Source: Dehalococcoidia bacterium
GTDB taxonomy: Bacteria; Chloroflexota; Dehalococcoidia; Dehalococcoidales; E44-bin46
Assembly: GCA_030605575.1 (NCBI GenBank)
Contig: JAUWIC010000063.1
Location: forward strand, 254 to 64,253
Direction: 5' to 3'
DNA: 64,000 nucleotides
Below the pieces are notes generated by a model. The model had not been told where the DNA came from and did not search any database. It saw nothing but the letters and a program-made list of their open reading frames with translations. Position 1 is the stretch's first letter; each line of letters opens with the position of its first letter. A program made the translations under genes and the position numbers. Positions 57,982-64,000 of the stretch are shown here, piece by piece.

Positions 57982-59157
57982 ATGAAATTAGTAGTCATAG
58001 GTTTCGGACAATGCGGTGGCAGAATTGCCGATGAGTTTGCCCGACTAAATAGAAGGGCGCGTAGTTATCGTGGGATTGAGATAGTTACTGGTGCTTTCGC
58101 CGTAAACACCGATGCTGCCGATTTAAGCGGGCTAACCACCATAAGGTCTGATTACCAGCACCGAATCCTCATTGGGGGTCGGAAGACTAGCGGTCACGGC
58201 GTAGGTAAGATAAATGAACTGGGGGCTGAGATAGCCAACGAGGACGGCGACAAGATCATCGATGCTATAAGAAGCGCCCGGCGTTTCTTTGAGTCAGATG
58301 CCTTCTTACTAATCGCCTCTTCCGCCGGTGGCACCGGCTCGGGGGGAATACCAATAATAACGCAACTCATAAAAGAGCGCTACATGGATAAACCGGTATA
58401 CAATCTTATTGTCCTTCCCTTTGAGCACGAAGAGACTACCGAGGAAAGAACTATCTATAACTCAGCGGTATGCCTTAAATCAGTTAACGCAGTGGCTGAT
58501 GCCATAATTCTGGTTGACAATCAAAGGTATGTTAGAAAGGACTTCTCACTTAGAAACAACCTGGCCAAAATAAATGCCCTAATGGTGGAACCATTCTACA
58601 ACTTACTCTGCGCCGGTGAGGAGAAAAAGCCAAAGCACATCGGGGCCAGGATGCTTGATGCCGGAGACATAATACAGACTTTGGTAGGATGGACAGTAAT
58701 AGGTTATGGTAAATCACCGCTACCGCTAATCACCCTTCCCTTTGAGCGAAAGCGCAACTTCAGGCAAAAAAGCACCGAAACCCACAAGGGAATCCAAGCC
58801 ATGGATGAAGCCATAAGTGAGCTGTCACTCAGGTGTAACCCCAAGGATGCCGGCAGAGCCCTATACCTCCTTTCGGCACCAGCTAAAGAAATGAATATGG
58901 ACTTAATCAAGGAGCTGGGAGACTATCTAAGAGACATAGCCCCAGAGGCTACAATAAGAAATGGCGATTACCCCCGAGAAAGAGGGGTTCTGGATGTAGC
59001 TGTAATCCTGTCGGAACTCAACACTGTGGACAAGGTCAAGGACTACTATAATAAATCGGCTGGCTTTATCTCCGAGGTTAAACAGAGGCAGGAAGAAATA
59101 AAGGGCAAACTTAAAGAAATAGAAGATGCTTCACAAGATATACCCTCGTTATTATAA
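57982..59157 (+). CDS. Tubulin/FtsZ-superfamily GTPase, CetZ-like (paralog 2)
   Basis: It shows MKLVVIGFGQCGGRIADEF, GHGVGKINELGAEIA, DAFLLIASSAGGTGSGG, ILVDNQRY, LDAGDIIQTLVG and RNGDYPRE. The C-terminal tail is DIPSLL. Confidence 0.85.
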   Translation: MKLVVIGFGQCGGRIADEFARLNRRARSYRGIEIVTGAFAVNTDAADLSGLTTIRSDYQHRILIGGRKTSGHGVGKINELGAEIANEDGDKIIDAIRSARRFFESDAFLLIASSAGGTGSGGIPIITQLIKERYMDKPVYNLIVLPFEHEETTEERTIYNSAVCLKSVNAVADAIILVDNQRYVRKDFSLRNNLAKINALMVEPFYNLLCAGEEKKPKHIGARMLDAGDIIQTLVGWTVIGYGKSPLPLITLPFERKRNFRQKSTETHKGIQAMDEAISELSLRCNPKDAGRALYLLSAPAKEMNMDLIKELGDYLRDIAPEATIRNGDYPRERGVLDVAVILSELNTVDKVKDYYNKSAGFISEVKQRQEEIKGKLKEIEDASQDIPSLL

Positions 59158-59205
59158 CTAGCCAGTCCGAGCCATTTCAAACCACGCTTACTGGCTCAGT
59201 TTCCT

Positions 59206-59240
59206 ATACCCCTCTTCCGGTGAAGAGGGGTATTTATTTT
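59206..59240 (+). terminator. Rho-independent terminator after paralog 2
   Basis: ATACCCCTCTTC-CGGT-GAAGAGGGGTAT forms a perfect 12-bp stem, followed by TTATTTT. Confidence 0.7.
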
Positions 59241-59327
59241 AAGAGGGTCATCCCAAAATTCAATACTTATTTAGTCCCAAAACCTTGGGAAACCAGATAA
59301 TATAGAGTATAATAGAAGCAACTGAAG

Positions 59328-60899
59328 ATGGCTTCTCAAGTTTTTTATCGTAAGTGGCGTCCTCAAAGCTTAGCCGAGGTAGTTGGTCAGGAACAGGTAA
59401 CCCAGACACTACGTAATGCCCTCAATAGTGATCGTGTATCTCACGCCTACCTTTTTTGTGGTCCACGAGGAACAGGCAAGACCACCACTGGCCGCATCCT
59501 GGCTAAGGCAGTAAATTGCCTGACCAATGGTAAGGGTGAACCGTGTAATGCTTGCCCTATGTGCCAGGCAATAAGCGAGGGCAGGGCTCTGGATGTCATA
59601 GAAATTGATGCTGCCAGCAACCGTGGCATTGACGAAATCCGAGACCTTCGTGCCCGGGTCAACTATGCGCCTAACCAAGCCCGTTATAAAGTCTATATTA
59701 TAGATGAAGTTCATATGCTGACTAAAGAAGCCTCCAACGCCCTGTTGAAGACGCTTGAGGAACCACCACCACACGTTATTTTTATTCTGGCTACTACCGA
59801 AGCCCATAAAGTCCTACCCACCATTTCGTCACGGTGCCAGCGTTTCGATTTCCGGCGCATCTCCCAGGCCGACATAGTCTCCAAACTCACCCGCATTTGT
59901 AGCCAGGAAGGCATTGATATGGAGCCAGAGGCATTACGGCTTATCGCTAAGAGTGCCACCGGTAGCCTGCGAGACGCTGAAAACCTGCTGGAACAGCTAA
60001 CTACCTATTATGGCTCAGAGGTCGGACTGCAGCAGGTCCAGGCTATCCTGGGCGCCACCGGAGACTGGCGAGTCAAAGAGGTGGTAAAGCACATTATAAA
60101 TAATGATATCTCGGCCGGGATAACAACGATAAACAGTGTTAATAACGATGGCCTGGATTTACGCCAATTCAATCGGGAACTGGTGGAATACCTCAGAGGC
60201 TTACTGCTAATAAAGACCGGCTCCGACCAAACTATAGACTTCACTGCCGAGGATATAGCTGAACTGAAGGCTCTAGCCGCTAAAGCCTCGCTAGCTCAAA
60301 TATTGAAGGCAGTCAAGCTCTTCGGTCAGCTTGAGCTTGGCCTTGATAACTACTCCACCCTGCCCCTAGAGCTAGCCCTGGTTGACTGCACCCTAACCCC
60401 GGAGGGGGAAAAGGGAAGCCCGGCTGTAGAAGCTGAGCCTGAATTTCGTCAGCCGGTAACAACGGCTCCCCCGCCAGCGGCTCCACCCCAGCCAACAGTC
60501 AAACCTGAGCCAGCTAACCTCCCCACCCCACCAGCACCAAAGGCTACTATTCCCCCGCCGGAACCGGGTAGTGAAATTGAACAAATGAGAGCCAATTGGA
60601 AGCAGGTTATTGAGCAAGCTCCAGAAAATACCAAAAGAACCCCGGCTATTGCTATTCTTAGAAGTGCCGGGGTTAAGCCGGTGGCAATTGAAGACGATAC
60701 CATAGTCTTAGCCTTTAGATATCCATATCATAAGGAGCAAATAGAGAAGCCGGAAAATCAACAGATAGCCGAAAAAATCATAGGTAACTTCCTCGGGCGT
60801 CCCTGCCATGTGCGTTGTATTTATGAGCCGGAAGCTAATCACCTGCTGCAGGCAGCACTAAAGATGGGCGCCCAAATTATCGATGTGGAGGAGAAATGA
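59328..60899 (+). CDS. dnaX: DNA polymerase III subunit gamma/tau
   Basis: It has Walker A GPRGTGKTT, DEVHML, a Zn module CNACPMC, a SRC-type region and a Pro-rich linker. Confidence 0.9.
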   Translation: MASQVFYRKWRPQSLAEVVGQEQVTQTLRNALNSDRVSHAYLFCGPRGTGKTTTGRILAKAVNCLTNGKGEPCNACPMCQAISEGRALDVIEIDAASNRGIDEIRDLRARVNYAPNQARYKVYIIDEVHMLTKEASNALLKTLEEPPPHVIFILATTEAHKVLPTISSRCQRFDFRRISQADIVSKLTRICSQEGIDMEPEALRLIAKSATGSLRDAENLLEQLTTYYGSEVGLQQVQAILGATGDWRVKEVVKHIINNDISAGITTINSVNNDGLDLRQFNRELVEYLRGLLLIKTGSDQTIDFTAEDIAELKALAAKASLAQILKAVKLFGQLELGLDNYSTLPLELALVDCTLTPEGEKGSPAVEAEPEFRQPVTTAPPPAAPPQPTVKPEPANLPTPPAPKATIPPPEPGSEIEQMRANWKQVIEQAPENTKRTPAIAILRSAGVKPVAIEDDTIVLAFRYPYHKEQIEKPENQQIAEKIIGNFLGRPCHVRCIYEPEANHLLQAALKMGAQIIDVEEK

Positions 60900-61189
60900 A
60901 TCCATCCTTCCTAAATCAAGCCCGGGAACTTAAATCAAAGCTAGACAAAGCCCAAAAAGAGTTAAGCGACACTATCGTAGAAGCCAGCTCAGGTAAAGGC
61001 GCAGTTAAGGTTACTATTAACGGTCAGCAAAAATTACAGTCAATAAAAATTTCACCCCAGGTGATAAACCCCGACAAGGCAGAAGTCCTGGAAGAATTAG
61101 TGTTAACAGCGGTAAGCGATGCCATTGCCAAATCTCAAAAGGTTGCCGCCAAGTGTCTGGGGGGCATTAAATTCCACGGGCTAACCTAA
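60896..61189 (+). CDS. ybaB: YbaB/EbfC-family nucleoid-associated protein
   Basis: It is 97 aa and overlaps the dnaX stop by 4 nt. It sits in the canonical dnaX-ybaB-recR order. Confidence 0.85.
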   Translation: MNPSFLNQARELKSKLDKAQKELSDTIVEASSGKGAVKVTINGQQKLQSIKISPQVINPDKAEVLEELVLTAVSDAIAKSQKVAAKCLGGIKFHGLT

Positions 61190-61239
61190 TACATGAGGCT
61201 CTTTATTTTAGAAGGAGTTTAAAGGGACTAATATAAAAA

Positions 61240-61382
61240 GAGTGTCAAAAAGAGGCGGTTTGGCAGGAGAAGTTTGAAGGGGTAAATATAAAGGAAAGTC
61301 AAAGAGAGGCGGAGCCTCTCTTATATAAACCAGTTCCCCTTCCCCTTGATAAGGGGAAGGGGATAAAGGGGATAGGGTCTCC
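61240..61382. repeat. Intergenic GC-hairpin repeat unit plus degenerate partial copy
   Basis: AGAGAGGC-GGA-GCCTCTCT and CCCCTTCCCCTT-GAT-AAGGGGAAGGGG are followed by ATAAAGGGGATAGGGTC. GTCAAA(A)AGAGGCGG is duplicated at 61243 and 61299. Confidence 0.6.
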
Positions 61383-61400
61383 AAACGAAAACTTAAAGAG

Positions 61401-62018
61401 GTGAGGTTGGACCAGAATCTCATACCGACCACTGAATCGGTGTATAAGCTCATCCAGGAGCTTAACAAACTGCCTGGCATTGGACCCAAGAGTGCCCAGC
61501 GACTTGCCTACTACCTATTGCGTGCCCCTGAAGAGCAAGCCAAGCTTCTAGCTGATGCCATTCTGTCAATAAAACGGAAGACCAAGTTATGCTCGGTTTG
61601 CTTTAATGTTACCGACTCTGACCCCTGCTCCATCTGCCGCAATAACCAGCGCGACCGCACTAAGATTTGCATTGTTGAACAGCCACAGGACATTCTAGCC
61701 CTGGAGCACACCCGGATTTATAACGGACTGTACCACGTGCTCCACGGCGCTATCTCACCTACCGAAGGGGTAGGCACTGACGATATAAGAATCAAGGAGC
61801 TTATGAACCGGTTACAGGCTGGCTCAATAGATGAAGTCATCCTGGCGACCAACCCCAACCTTGAGGGAGAACAGACCGCCCTGTATCTAAGCCAACTCAT
61901 TTCACCCCTGGGCATCAGGGTTACCCGCCTGGCTAGGGGACTACCCTTCGGCACCGAGCTGGAATATGCCGACGATGTTACCCTGACCCGAGCCATTGAG
62001 GGCAGGCAGGAGTTTTAA
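61401..62018 (+). CDS. recR: Recombination protein RecR
   Basis: It has [17 protein letters not shown] (HhH), a Zn finger CSVCFNV...CSIC and a Toprim region. The start is either GTG 61401 or TTG 61407. Confidence 0.9.
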   Translation: MRLDQNLIPTTESVYKLIQELNKLPGIGPKSAQRLAYYLLRAPEEQAKLLADAILSIKRKTKLCSVCFNVTDSDPCSICRNNQRDRTKICIVEQPQDILALEHTRIYNGLYHVLHGAISPTEGVGTDDIRIKELMNRLQAGSIDEVILATNPNLEGEQTALYLSQLISPLGIRVTRLARGLPFGTELEYADDVTLTRAIEGRQEF

Positions 62019-62035
62019 TAAAAAGGGGGCTACAA

Positions 62036-62350
62036 ATGAAAGTAATGCAGCGAGGAATTATGAAAGTCGCCCCGGGCAAGATGGCAGAGGCGATGGCGCT
62101 TAGTGAAAAGCTCATGGCTCTCTCCAGTCGCTACGGGATGTCGACTACTGGGGCGAGGATGTACCGTCCCTTCACTGGGGGAGGCGATGCCATACACACC
62201 GTCATTTTTGAGATTGAGTGGGATAGCCTCACCGAAATGGCAGCCTTTTTTGAGAAGATGATGGCAGACCCGGAGTATCAGTCGCAGATGTCACAGTGGG
62301 ATACACTCCTCGAGAATCACCAAGTCGAATTGTATGTGGTACTGTCATAG
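62036..62350 (+). CDS. Hypothetical small protein (104 aa)
   Basis: It has an ATG start after a GGGGG-rich SD-like stretch. I recognise no family. Confidence 0.45.
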   Translation: MKVMQRGIMKVAPGKMAEAMALSEKLMALSSRYGMSTTGARMYRPFTGGGDAIHTVIFEIEWDSLTEMAAFFEKMMADPEYQSQMSQWDTLLENHQVELYVVLS

Positions 62351-62505
62351 GAACCTGACTAAGGCAGGTTAATCTTGATGTAAACTGGTCACCGTGATAA
62401 GGCGGGGGGCGGACTGTTTGGTCGTTTCGCCCCCTTGCCCTTCAGGTAGGTTAACACTGGCTCTGCGACTGGACTTCAGGTATTATTCATAAGAGAGTAG
62501 ACAAA

Positions 62506-63045
62506 ATGCACATATATATAATCTTAGGTGCTATGTGGGGTGGTATTGCCGCTGGATGGCTAGTCCCTATGATACGAAAACGTATCGTTTGTGAAATTTA
62601 CGAAGCCTGTGGCTTAGGCAGCTTCTTTACAATACTGATTCTTGGCCACGGTGGAGTAGGAACACAGCTTAATGTTCTGGCACTCCGAATTATTGGCCTT
62701 ATTATCTTAGTTACCGGAGCTTCCTTCGTTGTATCTGCCTTTGTTGCACTTAAGCGCAAAGGTAAACCCGAGACTGGTTGGGAAAACACCACCGTTATGA
62801 TTGACAGTAACATATTTAGAACTGTGCGACATCCCCTGTATCTAGGAACTGCCATTTCAGCAACTGGATTGATGTTACTCTATCAATCAATCCCATCAAC
62901 CGTACTGGGAGTAGTAAGCGTCTTCTGCTGCTGGATGGCATCTAGAAAAGAGGACGCATTCAATATTGAGAAATTTGGAGATAGCTACCGGGAATACATG
63001 GAAAAAGTTCCAATGTGGAACGCTTTTAAGGGATTGAGAAAATAG
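62506..63045 (+). CDS. Membrane methyltransferase of the ICMT/PEMT-like family
   Basis: It has several TM helices plus FRTVRHPLYLG and GDSYREYMEKVP. Confidence 0.7.
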   Translation: MHIYIILGAMWGGIAAGWLVPMIRKRIVCEIYEACGLGSFFTILILGHGGVGTQLNVLALRIIGLIILVTGASFVVSAFVALKRKGKPETGWENTTVMIDSNIFRTVRHPLYLGTAISATGLMLLYQSIPSTVLGVVSVFCCWMASRKEDAFNIEKFGDSYREYMEKVPMWNAFKGLRK

Positions 63046-63070
63046 AGAGCAAAAATAAAGGAAGAAAATC

Positions 63071-63634
63071 ATGTCGCTAATACCAGTCTTTGAAATAGGT
63101 GTTTGGAATGTCTGGATTATCATACTCTACGGTGTATTGGCTACTTTTATTCCGAATCTAATTTTCAACAGAGATAATTTGAAAGTTGAAGGGCCAAAGA
63201 GCCAGACCGAGAAGAAGCTCCGTCTTCCGTGGTTTATACTTTATGTTCTCTTCGCTATATACAGTATTTTCCTGCCATTGAAACTCGGGACGGCCTGGTT
63301 TTATGTCGGCCTGCCTATTTGTTTAACCGGATTAATTTTGTTAACGATAACCGCAGTGAATATGGCTACTACCCCCCTTCGTTATAAGTGTGTAACCAAA
63401 GGACTATACCGCCATTCCAGACATCCGGGGTACCTCACTATGTTCTTGCTGCTTATTGGGGCGGGTATAGCCTCGGCTTCGTGGGTTTTTATACTATTTG
63501 CCATTGTGTCGATGATATTTTGGGTTCCTCTTTCAATTTCAGAAGAAGACTATTGCCTCGAGAAATATGGCGACGCCTATCGTGAATATATGAATAAAAC
63601 CCCGAGATGGATAGGAATGCCGAAACCAGCGTAA
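63071..63634 (+). CDS. Membrane methyltransferase of the ICMT/PEMT-like family (second tandem copy)
   Basis: It has TM helices plus GLYRHSRHPGYL and GDAYREYMNKTP. Confidence 0.7.
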   Translation: MSLIPVFEIGVWNVWIIILYGVLATFIPNLIFNRDNLKVEGPKSQTEKKLRLPWFILYVLFAIYSIFLPLKLGTAWFYVGLPICLTGLILLTITAVNMATTPLRYKCVTKGLYRHSRHPGYLTMFLLLIGAGIASASWVFILFAIVSMIFWVPLSISEEDYCLEKYGDAYREYMNKTPRWIGMPKPA

Positions 63635-63646
63635 AAGTAAGAAACT

Positions 63647-64000
63647 ATGGGTGAGATAAAGTACCAGCCGATTGGAGTCATTCATTCCCCGTTCCAGGAA
63701 CCCAAAGGGACACCGATACAACCGGCGGGGGCTAAGGGAATCCGCGGCACGGTTGAGGTCTTCCCCGAATATGCTAACGGCTTGAAGGATGTTGACGGCT
63801 TTTCTCACCTTATTTTGATATACCACTTTCATCTATCCCAGGGGTCATCCCTAGAAGCCAAGCCGTACATGGATAACCAAGCCCGTGGCGTCTTTGCCAT
63901 GCGCGGTCCCAACCGACCGAACCCAATCGGTATCTCCGTAGTCCGTCTGATTAGGATTGAAAAGAATATCCTCCATATCCAGGATGTTGACATTGTAGAT
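63647..64000 (+). CDS. tsaA: TsaA/YaeB-family tRNA methyltransferase (UPF0066), N-terminal part; the gene runs off the window end
   Basis: My own translation from the ATG at 63647 gives MGEIKYQPIGVIHSPFQEPKGTPIQP...GFSHLILIYHFH...RGPNRPNPIGISVVRL. It is absent from the ORF track because no stop lies in the window. Confidence 0.75.
   Translation, partial: MGEIKYQPIGVIHSPFQEPKGTPIQPAGAKGIRGTVEVFPEYANGLKDVDGFSHLILIYHFHLSQGSSLEAKPYMDNQARGVFAMRGPNRPNPIGISVVRLIRIEKNILHIQDVDIVD

Noticed and set aside
59328-60899. A programmed ribosomal frameshift site in dnaX (tau/gamma).
   Set aside because: I noticed no A-AAA-AAG-type heptamer at the usual domain III/IV boundary. The only A-run I noticed (GAAAAAATC near 60770) is close to the C-terminus.

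Overview
This is a 64-kb bacterial chromosomal window. The bacterial assignment rests on NAD-dependent ligA, dnaX-ybaB-recR, bacterial pth, Shine-Dalgarno-led genes and a tRNA with encoded CCA. Gene content resembles anaerobic Chloroflexota/Dehalococcoidia-type genomes, but I cannot verify that without a search. The window has three parts. (i) 1-6.4 kb holds a partial MBL-fold hydrolase, a 1364-aa sensor kinase with 7 PAS domains and a GAF domain, and two response regulators. (ii) 6.7-41.4 kb is a tightly packed anaerobic catabolic island. It contains two AOR-family tungsten/molybdenum enzymes (one with FeS and FAD partner genes) and had-oah-dch-type ring-cleavage genes of the benzoyl-CoA pathway. 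It also contains an orphan cytoplasmic molybdopterin oxidoreductase, a thiolase-crotonase-hbd-acd operon and a Liv-type ABC transporter. The rest of the island comprises DUF169, two thiolase+DUF35 pairs, a corrinoid methyltransferase module, an acyl-CoA ligase and a reversed-order HADH-ECH fusion. (iii) 41.4-64 kb holds housekeeping genes: tRNA-Thr, ribF, tyrS, a class V aminotransferase, serA, ligA, pth, eno, gap, dnaX, ybaB, recR and tsaA. The most unusual locus sits here at 54.4-59.2 kb: two CetZ/tubulin-like GTPase paralogs bracket a 711-aa protein built from about 28 tandem 25-residue helical repeats. A dispersed family of composite GC-hairpin intergenic repeats occurs at four loci in part (iii). 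A possible fragment lies at about 851, and the catabolic island has none. I found no transposase, integrase, CRISPR array or rRNA gene.
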